Source: Auanema rhodensis (Eukaryota > Animalia > Nematoda). Taken from it: a stretch of DNA of 64,000 nucleotides. The DNA lies in NCBI GenBank assembly GCA_964057225.1, contig OZ059897.1:11098001-11162000 (forward strand). The letters are read 5' to 3'. Positions 1-9,339 of this stretch are shown piece after piece; the stretch's first letter is position 1, and the number at the start of each line of letters is the position of its first letter. Both the position numbers and the translations under genes were made by a program. A model generated the notes under the pieces. It searched no databases and was not told the DNA's origin. It saw only the letters and a list, made by a program, of their open reading frames with translations.

Positions 1-235
1 ATAAAATTATTGCTTGTTTGTTATGTTAGAATTGTTTAATTTAAATACTTATTTAAGTTCTAACAATTTTTGATTTAATCACGTTCAATTAACTGTATTG
101 TTTTCAAAAATAAAGACATCTTTCAATTTCTGTTCATTGAATTAGAATTTTCATGTTGTCACACAGAAATTGAAGAATCTTAGTTCATTTCAGCAACAAT
201 GAACACACTAACTTTGTTTAGTTGTTGTAATGTCG

Positions 236-307
236 GCCCAAGTAGTATAGTGGTTAGTACTCCACGTTGTGGCCATGGCGACACAGGATCGATTCCTGTC
301 TTGGGCA
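236..307 (+). tRNA. tRNA-His(GTG), copy 1 (one mismatch in anticodon stem)
   Basis: Acceptor stem GCCCAAG/CTTGGGC plus A73, A-box TAGTATAGTGG, anticodon loop TTGTGGC, T-arm ACAGG-ATCGATT-CCTGT, TTTT terminator. The 3' anticodon stem reads CATGG instead of CGTGG. Confidence 0.9.
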
Positions 308-567
308 TTTTCTGTTTTGAATTTTAAATGCTATAAAATTATTGCTTGTTTGTTATGTTAGAATTGTTTAATTTAAATACTTATTTAAGTTCTAACAATT
401 TTCGATTTAATCACGTTCAATTAACTGTATTGTTTTCAAAAATAAAGACATCTTTCAATTTCTGTTCATTGAATTAGAATTTTCATGTTGTCACACAGAA
501 ATTGAAGAATCTTAGTTCATTTCAGTAACAATGAACACACTAACTTTTTTAAGTTGTTGTAATATCG

Positions 568-639
568 GCCCAAGTAGTATAGTGGTTAGTACTCCACGTT
601 GTGGCCGTGGCGACACAGGATCGATTCCTGTCTTGGGCA
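568..639 (+). tRNA. tRNA-His(GTG), copy 2
   Basis: Complete cloverleaf, GTG anticodon, G at -1 (567), T4 terminator. Confidence 0.93.
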
Positions 640-690
640 TTTTCTGTTTTGAATTTTAAATGCTATAAAATTATTGCTTGTTTGTTATGT

Positions 691-1103
691 CGTTCCATGG
701 TGGTTCCTCAAGGTTCCGGCTGGGTAACCACATGGAATTACTTTCTTTTCTTCCAAATATAAATGATAAAGAGTATAGAGAGAAAGGTTTATTCATGATA
801 AAGTATACAAATTACAATAATGAAAGTTACATAATGATTCCTAGTCGCAGCCCAAAGGACTCGTAAGGAAACCTTATATAGTTTTCCTTACGAGCATAAA
901 AAGTGGTTATATCAGGTCCGCGGAACTTGGTTCCGCTTGAATTGGGCTTTCTTTAATTAAACTTAATATGAAAAAGTGTTCGTTCATTGTTGCATTGAAT
1001 TCCTGTTTCTCAAATGTAGTGTCAGCTATTTGTTTTTATAATGTTCTGTTTTATAAGCGATTGACGTTGTCAATCGCTCTACTTATAGGACACGTATGGA
1101 ACA
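691..1103 (-). repeat. 3' LTR
   Basis: Minus strand TGTTCCAT...ATGGAACG; TATATAA at ~874-880 and AATAAA at 788-793 on the minus strand. Confidence 0.9.
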
Positions 1104-1314
1104 TGCCTAATATCGAAAAAAAAAGTTGCTGACCTCAGATACATCGAGAAAGTGAAATTCCATGCAAATGTGAAAGTTGTAGGAAATGTTTTAAAAAAAT
1201 ATATAAAAGAATATTGATAATATAGAATAATTTAATGAAGAAAAATAAAGGGAAACGATGTAATTACAAAATAATATATCATATATCATACTGGGAATCT
1301 TTCAAAAGTTTTTT

Positions 1315-1917
1315 TTAGTCTTCTTCATAATACTGGTGTATCTCTGGTAATGGTGATGATCCTAGGTCGTGGAGAAGATCCATAGTCTTGTTGCATAAAT
1401 CCGTTTTTCTTTCCATTTCTTCCTTGGTGGTTGCTGGTGATGCCAGAAATATTTGTAGAGCATTTATAATGCTTTTTCTTGCCTCTGTGGATGGCAGTTC
1501 GCTGCAATGTTGCAGGCTCCATTCTTGATAGGCCGAATGGGTCTCGGCAATAATCCAGTTTGGTGTCTGCTGTTCTGTTGAATCGCAACTAGGTGAATAA
1601 CCTAGTTGGTCCCTTAGTTCAGCAATGGCATCTCGGATGACTCCTGCTGTGTTGGTCCATGGTCCTATGCAGTGGTCAACCTCCGATAGTCGATCCTTGT
1701 CGTATTGGTAACATAGGATTTTGAGCGTTTCAGTACTAGTTTTCGCTCTTGTTAGTCCTTGAACTAACTCTTTCAGGATCTTCTCTTTCATGGGGCGGTT
1801 GGCGATGGTATTGGCGCCTAGCTGCTTCAATTCTCTTACTAATAGTTGAATTGAAAGCCATCTCTTTTTGGCCATCATGAGGGGAATTTCGACGGCTTCA
1901 GGAAGTTGGGTGGACAT
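1315..1917 (-). CDS. 200-aa orphan protein inside the LTR element (predicted helical; possibly Gag-like or accessory)
   Basis: ATG-to-stop ORF, GC-richer than its flanks, in element sense; no recognisable motif. Confidence 0.55.
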   Translation of the reverse strand: MSTQLPEAVEIPLMMAKKRWLSIQLLVRELKQLGANTIANRPMKEKILKELVQGLTRAKTSTETLKILCYQYDKDRLSEVDHCIGPWTNTAGVIRDAIAELRDQLGYSPSCDSTEQQTPNWIIAETHSAYQEWSLQHCSELPSTEARKSIINALQIFLASPATTKEEMERKTDLCNKTMDLLHDLGSSPLPEIHQYYEED

Positions 1918-2306
1918 TGTTATCTTTGTTACTGTTTTCTGTCCTTTTATCCTTTTTAAAACTAGGTCGGTCTGTTCCTTCCTTTTTGTCGCCTCCTTTT
2001 TGACCAGTTAGGTGAAAAAGTGATGAAGATTGTTGATTAAAACTTTGCAGTGATTTTTTTGAAAGATTCCAAGTATGATGTATAATTTTATTTTGAAATT
2101 TTGGTTATTAATACAATTTTTTTTTTAATTTTACAATTTTTATGAGAGTGAAAAATAAAAATGTACAATAATTTGTGTAGAATTTTATGTATTACTTAAA
2201 TGAGAAAAAAAAATATATATAGGTTCAAGTTTAGATGGAAATTATGAAAATTATGAAAATGGTATTATACTTTTTGTGATTTTTATATAGAAATTATGGA
2301 TTTTTA

Positions 2307-3043
2307 CTATTGTTCTAGCTTCTTACTTGTAGTCCCAATAACTGTTGACGGTCTTTTCTTATGGATGACTGGTACTGTTGGTGCCACGAAGTTTGGGTCC
2401 GGGATCTGACTCTTCGAAACTCTCTTCTTCGGCTCTGTTACTGGTATGGTGCTGTGATACCTTATCGGCACATGATAAGGCTTTGCTGGCGTTGTAGGAG
2501 AATTATCTTCTAATCCCAATGCCAATTTAAGTGCTGAACTCCATTTCTTAATTGTGGGTGGCTCCTTCTTCCGTTTCTCATACAATTCTTTTCTTGCGTT
2601 TTCTTCTATTTTCTCTGATAGTTTGGTGAATTTCGAGGAAGAGGAGAAGAAAGAATAGCAGTATTTCGGTATGAAAATGATATTTGAGAATAATCTTTAC
2701 AAGGGGAAGTATTTGTGCTAACATAGCTAGAGCTTTTGATAACGTTAGAATTGCGTTTAGGAGTTTGTTTGTTAATAGACGTTTTAATTTTACTAAGAGT
2801 AATAGCGTGGCGAGAAGTTTTGATAGCTGTTGTGCCTATTTTTTTCGCGGGGGTACCCGGTATAGCGGGTGGTTTCTTTGCAGCAGTAGGCCGGCGCTTC
2901 GTGTCCGGCTCATAAACATTTGGAGGTCCTCTCTTTCTTTGATTCTGCTCGAGTACTGGCTCGACGTGCGTATCATTACGGGGGGCTGCGCTCTGTGGAT
3001 TTGTTTTATCCTGCGGAGGATTTTTACTCTTCGAGTCCGTCAT
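2307..3043 (-). CDS. Basic, Pro/Lys-rich low-complexity ORF(s) in the LTR element, split across two frames (frameshift or intron)
   Basis: ORFs 2606-3043 and 2307-2585 are in different frames with similar K/P/T-rich composition and NLS-like clusters (RKRGPP, KKRP). Confidence 0.4.
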
Positions 3044-4456
3044 CTTGTTGGTTTTCCTGGAAAGGAAATTATTATACCAACGATGCGAATCTTATAAAAA
3101 TAAATATACAACGTGAGAGGCAATATGGGGTTGTATGCGTGACGCTTGCTAGGGGGCCAGCCTGCAGCGAATCTTCTAACGAAGAATTGCTCAATCGGGT
3201 ACATACACGGGCCTGTGACCGGTGCGCCCTTTCTAGGATCAAGTTCCCATCTCTCGAATAGGCGTGAAATATACGACGGTGATCTAAGCAGTATTCCCTT
3301 TCAGTCTTTCGACAAGATTAGGTGCTCAGGCCTCGTACATTCACTTTCCCAGACTTCTCTTGCCTATGAAAAATCACAGAAATCGCTCCCTTAACGAAAT
3401 TCTGCTCCCCTGATTTTTCATGGTGAGACCACTCTAACACTTTCATTCTCGACTAATTCTGTCGTAATTTTCAAATTTGCAAAAATAGGACCAAAAAGGG
3501 ATCTTCAAAATCAGGAATGCGTACGTCTTATATCAAAAATAGTGGTTGCCTCCGCTCAGTTCTCGAGACAGTCTGGTATTGCTTCTCACGACTTTTAGGA
3601 TCAAAATGCAAAATTGTAAATCTTAGGTTCGGGATTCAGATAAAAAATTTCAAAATTATTTGGCTGTTTTCTGGGTTATATTAGGAAGAAGAGAAAAAAT
3701 AATAGTAATAAGAGAGGGAAAAAGATAAAATTTAAAAGAAGATAAAAGAAAAATAAAATAGGAATATAGTAGGAATATAGTAGGAATATAGTACTAGTAT
3801 AGAATAGTTTTGTACATATATATATATATATATATAAATGAGTAATACATTTTAAAGGATAGAATAGAAATTAATGAATTTTAATATATATAAAACAATG
3901 AATTTTGTGATGATTCATGAAAGAAATTAATTCATTTTTGATTCAAAAATTGTTTGAAACTTTATAACAAAAATTTATAAGAGATAGAATAGATTTTGAT
4001 TAAAAAAATGGAATTTTTTATTTTAAGTAAGAAAAAGAATTAATAAGAATTGACAGAAAAAATATCGAAATACCTTAATTAGATGAATACATATAAAAGA
4101 ATTTCAAATTAATTTATGACAGTTATAAACAAAGTTTTTTCTTAAAAATGAATAAAAGATTTTAGAATATGAATCAAAATCGAAATGTTTCTTTTAAATG
4201 AATGAATATAAAATTTAAAAATTAAGTTGTTTCAAAATATATTTCTTTAAATAAATGTATGTAAGATTTCAGTATTAATTTATGAATCAAAATCAAAATA
4301 AAGTTCTTTGAATGAATGAAATAAAGAAGAGAAAGATTTCAAATTAAATTCATATAGTATAATCGAAATATAATTCTTTAATTAGATGTATAAAAGTTTA
4401 CAAAATTAAATTTATGTAGCGAAATATGGTTCTTAGAGATTCGTCGGTTATAGACG

Positions 4457-4475
4457 AATCTCGGTGGAACCTCCA
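4457..4475 (-). promoter_or_regulatory. Primer-binding site complementary to the 3' end of tRNA-Gln including CCA
   Basis: Plus strand AATCTCGGTGGAACCTCCA equals the conserved metazoan tRNA-Gln 3' end (recalled) plus CCA and directly abuts the 5' LTR. Confidence 0.9.
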
Positions 4476-4888
4476 CGTTCCATGGTGGTTCCTCAAGGTT
4501 CCGGCTGGGTAACCACATGGAATTACTTTCTTTTCTTTCAAATATAAATGATAAAGAGTATAGAGAGAAAGGTTTATTCATGATAAAGTATACAAATTAC
4601 ACTAATAAAAGTTACATAATGATTCCTAGTCGCAGCCCAAAGGACTCGTAAGGAAACCTTATATAGTTTTCCTTACGAGCATAAAAAGTGGTTATATCAG
4701 GTCCGCGGAACTTGGTTCCGCTTGAATTGGGCTTTCTTTAATTAAACTTAATATGAAAAAGTGTTCGTTCATTGTTGCATTGAATTCCTGTTTCTCAAAT
4801 GTAGTGTCAGCTATTTGTTTTTATAATGTTCCGTTTTATAAGCGATTGACGTTGTCAATCGCTCTACTTATAGGACACGTATGAAACA
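4476..4888 (-). repeat. 5' LTR
   Basis: Direct repeat of 691-1103; minus strand TGTTTCAT...ATGGAACG followed by the PBS. Confidence 0.9.
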
Positions 4889-5101
4889 ATGTTAGAATTG
4901 TTTAATTTAAATACTTATTTAAGTTCTAACAATTTTTGATTTAATCACGTTCAATTAACTGTATTGTTTTCAAAAATAAAGACATCTTTCAATTTCTGTT
5001 CATTGAATTAGAATTTTCATGTTGTCACACAGAAATTGAAGAATCTTAGTTCATTTCAGTAACAATGAACACACTAACTTTTTTAAATTGTTGTAATATC
5101 G

Positions 5102-5173
5102 GCCCAAGTAGTATAGTGGTTAGTACTCCACGTTGTGGCCGTGGCGACACAGGATCGATTCCTGTCTTGGGCA
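5102..5173 (+). tRNA. tRNA-His(GTG), copy 3
   Basis: Identical to copy 2. Confidence 0.93.
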
Positions 5174-5433
5174 TTTTCTGTTTTGAAATTAAAATGCTAT
5201 AAACATATTGCTTGCTTGTCATGTTAGATTTCTTTAATTCAAATACTTATTTAAGTTCTAACAATTTTTGATTTAATCACGTTCAATTAACTGTATTGTT
5301 TTCAAAAATAAAGACATCTTTCAATTTCTGGTCATTGAATTAGAATTTTCATGTTGTCACACAGAAATTGAAGATTCTTAGTTCAATTCAGTAACAATGA
5401 ACACACTAACTTTGTTTAGTTGTTGTAATGTCG

Positions 5434-5505
5434 GCCCAAGTAGTATAGTGGTTAGTACTCCACGTTGTGGCCGTGGCGACACAGGATCGATTCCTGTCTT
5501 GGGCA
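5434..5505 (+). tRNA. tRNA-His(GTG), copy 4
   Basis: Identical to copy 2. Confidence 0.93.
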
Positions 5506-5773
5506 TTTTCTGTTTTGAAATTTAAATGCTATAAAATTATTGCTTGCTTGTCATGTTAGATTTGTTTAATTTAAATACTTATTTAAGTTCTAACAATTTT
5601 CGATTTAATCACGTTCAATTAACTGTATTGTTTTCAAAAATAAAGACATTAGATATTTCAATTTCTGTTCATTGAATTAGAATTTTTATGTTGTCACACA
5701 GAAATTGAAGAATCTTAGTTCATTTCAGTAACAATGAACACACTAACTTTGTTTAGTTGCTGTAATATCGGCC

Positions 5774-6823
5774 GGCCTTTATACCAATAAACCATAAACA
5801 TTTAATACACCAAATAAATACACTAAAGTTTTCAACAAGTACACTAATTTTTTCAACAAGTTCACTCATTTTTTTAACAAGTACACTCACCTTAAACATG
5901 CACACATTTAATACACCAAACAAATACACTAAAGTTTTCAACAAGTACACTCATTTTAATTTTTGGTGTTCACGCATACACCACTCAGCTTTTTACATGT
6001 ACACTAGTTGTATATAACAATTCACAAATACACTCAATTTTTTATAATCAGTAGTTTCGTAAAATTAACAATATTATAATCATGCAATCCTAAATTCTTC
6101 TACCGGCATTTTCAAAAAATGAGGAATTCCGTTGAATTAATAGAAAAAATAGTCAGGCTGTAAACAGATTTGTAATTTCTTAATTCTAGAAAAATTGAAA
6201 GTATTTCTGCGTCAGTATTGTAATATACTTTTCGATGATTAAAACTTATCCGAGATATTTAAATCGCAGGACGAAATTGTAGAACTTAAATTTGCAATAT
6301 TTTTCGTATCCATTCTAAAACGTACTCCAACATCCTTATAAACTTTCTGCTGTGGTTATTGCGGCTGAACTGCTTACCATTACACTTTGAGTATTTTGTT
6401 CCATGCTCGGGCCTATTCTGCTGTCGTAATATTGCTGAAGTGGTGATGTGATCCTGTTGATTTTGTAAATATGCAATAACATTTTCCTTTTCCTCTTTTT
6501 GTAGCTCCAAATAAACTGCCAAGCTAAACTAAAAGATTTTATAATATTGCAAAAAAAACATACCGATGTGAACATAGTTTGTGCTTGTTTCTTTTTATTT
6601 TACAGAGCGCACTCTAGCACTTCAACAATCCTTTGTCATATATAACCCGGGAGCATCTTAAATCTATGTTTAATAATTCAAAATTTAAAATTATACTCAT
6701 ATTCATCTTTACTATTCAAGAGAAATCTTGTATTTGCAATTTCATAGATTTCAAAATCGTTGATAGCATCAGTTAAAGTATCACGATCTAGTTTTCGGGC
6801 TGAAAAGTGTATCCAGTATGTAA

Positions 6824-6872
<49 letters not shown>

Positions 6873-9263
6873 TATATACTTATAATACATAAATATAATG
6901 ACTAACAAGGAAGCAACCAGTTCGAGATAGTGAAGAACATCTTCCAAACGGTATAGAGTTAATATATCTCGTTTCTCCGAGTTCTTCTTTCGAATCCAAT
7001 CTTCATATCTCACACCATGAGAGGTGATAATTTTTCTACTTGATCCGTTCACAGCTCTAACCAATTCTTGAATCTCATCTAAACACACAAATTAACTTAT
7101 TTTTCAATCGATTATTTGTCCAACCTTTGTGAAGATTTAAGAAATCATTTAGGAGCTTCTGAGCGGGCTTTTTGCAAGTAATGATCATTTTTAAAAAAGC
7201 ATTTTTTTGTTGTTGTTTTTTTGTGTGAAAAGCATTTTTTTTGTTGGAACTCAAAAATTGTGCTGGCCAGCCGGCTAGTAGTTTTCTATACATGCTGTTG
7301 TAAACAAACAACCAATCGAAATTAACAAGCAACCTATAACTTTTAAATGTTTAAGAATCTAAACTATTAAAGAGATTTTTTAGATTCACCATTTTTTCAA
7401 CTCGGATGATTCCACATTTGAAACAAACTCCATTATTTTTTGTCATATTCATCTCTGATCAAACATTGAAGAATACTTTTCTTGAGCACAACACCAGAAT
7501 CAGTCTAGAATTATGGATTAGAGTAATAATGTCTTGATGCTCACCATCTTCTTACAACCTCATAATATCTCTTTAACCCCTTCGTTAGTGAAATCAGAGT
7601 CACGTGAGCATTCCTGAAGATTTGTCATTCTATGTACGTCACATCGAATCAGAATAGTTTCTTTGAAGAATGATCTTTAAATATTGAATACATTTGGACA
7701 TATTTAACTATTTCATCTAGCACAGTTATGAATTTTAAAAGACTGTTCTCCATCATGTATCAATAAACCTATTGTTTTTCCTTCACAATACATTGAAGAA
7801 ATTTCATTGAGGTACTGGCTAAACGCTTCATGATTCTCTAACTCTTTCTTGCTATGAATAATAACAGATAGTAATTCTTTCTCTCGATTGCACTATATCA
7901 CTTGAACCTACCTGAACGTTTCTGATATCCTGATAACCGGAGTAATGTACTCAGCAGTAGCTAAAAAAACGTGGTATCGAGCATTATTGCAGTACCAATT
8001 AAAAGAAGCGAACCACTCACGTTAGCAGTAGCAATATAAGAATCTGAGAACAGATTTTCTTTTTTATAATTCAAATAGGAACATACTGCACAACTTTTCA
8101 GCTTCACTAATTGACATATTTTGGATATTTTCTACTTCTTTTCGTTGACATAACAGATCTTCATGGGATGGTAAACTTTTCGAAAACGATTTCAATGCAA
8201 TTGGATAAGAGTTCATGATACGAACTTTAGCACTACCATTTCCTATAATTTTGATATATTCTTGGTAGTTTGCCATCACTATACCATTTTTTATAATTCA
8301 TGGTGGTGCAGTCAGCTCATTTGGATCAGGAGCGGCCAAATAACAATTCATTACCACATGAAAGTCGAGGAGCGCATTTCTACCTTGATTTGTTTTAACA
8401 TGACTTGCAACTGCTGAGCTGTATTAGCAAATTAATGTTACTAAAGTTTAATGCAAAATTAACTAACTGTTGTTTTCAAAACTTCAACACTTTCCTCTCT
8501 TAAGAAATCATGAGCATGAGTGGTAGTTTTATTACAAAGTATTTCTTTAAACTTTCCTGCATCAGATGGTAAAATGCGTTCATTTAAAATAAAACAACTT
8601 GGCTGTTGTAGACGAAAAGTACATCACTTATCAATTTATTTTGTTCATTGACAGCGTAAAAAATCTGAATGTAAGCTTTAATTGAAGCAAAGTGAAAACG
8701 AAACACCTCTCTCCAAAATCCTTCGTATGTAGCATGGACGTTCCGAACAGCCTTGAGAATAGCTCCTGATTTGCAATTGGATTTAACAAAGTTTCCGGAT
8801 GCATCTTGACATACACCGTGAGAAGTACATTTGTTGTCACGCGAGTACCAGTATCATCTGATTGAACGATGTAGATACAAAATTAACGTTGAACACGTAC
8901 CACAACCGTTCCATGATGAAAATCTATCTACAGTTAGATTGTCCAAGTGCAATACACAACCACGATCAGAAAAAAAGAATATTCTACCTTTAACCACTTC
9001 ATTGAACGGAGGCATTATGCATAGAAGTTCAGACTTACTTCTGTAACATGAATGAAATCAAATAAGAGTGATAACACATGCTCACAACCTAGAACTATTC
9101 AGCTTCGCCAACACAGCATCTATGGAACAAATAACTCTGGTGGATGGCATATTCAATGAAACAGAAACAAGGCGAATAGTTATTCAAAACATACGAAATC
9201 CTTACTAATTCCAGAAACTGTTATATACAACTAGTGAGCATGTAAAAAGCTAAGTGGTGTATG
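5774..9263 (-). mobile_element. Degenerate MULE/Mutator-like DNA transposon
   Basis: 45-bp inverted repeat at 5975-6019 and 9219-9263 (42/45 identical); short subterminal repeats (CAAGTACACTCA-like) at 5790-5955; transposase motifs on the minus strand; right end apparently truncated. Confidence 0.75.
6290..9150 (-). pseudogene. Intron-containing MULE transposase pseudogene
   Basis: Manual minus-strand translation gives AIMLDTTFF (~7965-7990, first D), FITVLDE (~7712-7733, second D), FKETILIRCDVHRMTN (~7620-7670, CxxH), GWTNNRL (~7105-7125) and a SWIM-like C...C...LCSH (~6565-6620); many stops and frameshifts; boundaries approximate. Confidence 0.7.
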
Positions 9264-9334
9264 GTTAGAACTTGAGTAAGAATTTAAATTAAACAAATCT
9301 AACATGACAAGAAAGCAATAATTTTATAGCATTT
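9264..9334 (-). repeat. Inverted fragment of the tRNA-His array spacer
   Basis: Reverse complement of AAATGCTATAAAATTATTGCTTGCTTGTCATGTTAGATTTGTTTAATTTAAATACTTATTTAAGTTCTAAC with a few substitutions. Confidence 0.85.
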
Positions 9335-9339
9335 TATAG

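Larger units (their letters stand above)
1..690 (+). repeat. tRNA-His tandem array, 332-bp unit (left part, continues beyond window start)
   Basis: Sequence 1-332 repeats almost identically at 333-664; each unit has one tRNA plus a ~260-bp AT-rich spacer. Confidence 0.95.
691..4888 (-). mobile_element. Non-autonomous LTR retroelement inserted in the tRNA-array spacer
   Basis: 413-bp direct repeats at 691-1103 and 4476-4888 differing at only about 5-6 positions; 4-bp TSD ATGT at 687-690 and 4889-4892; the array spacer resumes exactly; PBS next to the right LTR; no RT or integrase motifs in the internal ORFs. Confidence 0.92.
4889..5773 (+). repeat. tRNA-His tandem array (right part); last unit truncated at the start of the tRNA
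   Basis: Same 332-bp unit; the third spacer ends ...AATATCGGCC and then switches to unrelated sequence. Confidence 0.93.

Noticed and set aside
678-866. ORFs 678-866 and 4378-4581
   Set aside because: They overlap LTR ends and junctions and have no protein-like features
688-1103. Reading the left LTR as a canonical TG...CA on the plus strand
   Set aside because: The TGT belongs to the ATGT TSD and is absent from the right LTR; the PBS, TATA and AATAAA all orient the element on the minus strand
2684-3394. Plus-strand ORFs 2684-3097, 2920-3261 and 3146-3394
   Set aside because: Non-ATG starts; likely antisense shadows of GC-richer element sequence
3130-3430. Self-cleaving ribozyme in the LTR element leader
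   Set aside because: No hammerhead core or HDV-like pseudoknot could be assembled by eye; an Infernal search would be needed
6826-6868. (TA)n and (CT)n microsatellites (also ~3815-3836 and ~25975-26014)
   Set aside because: Ordinary simple repeats
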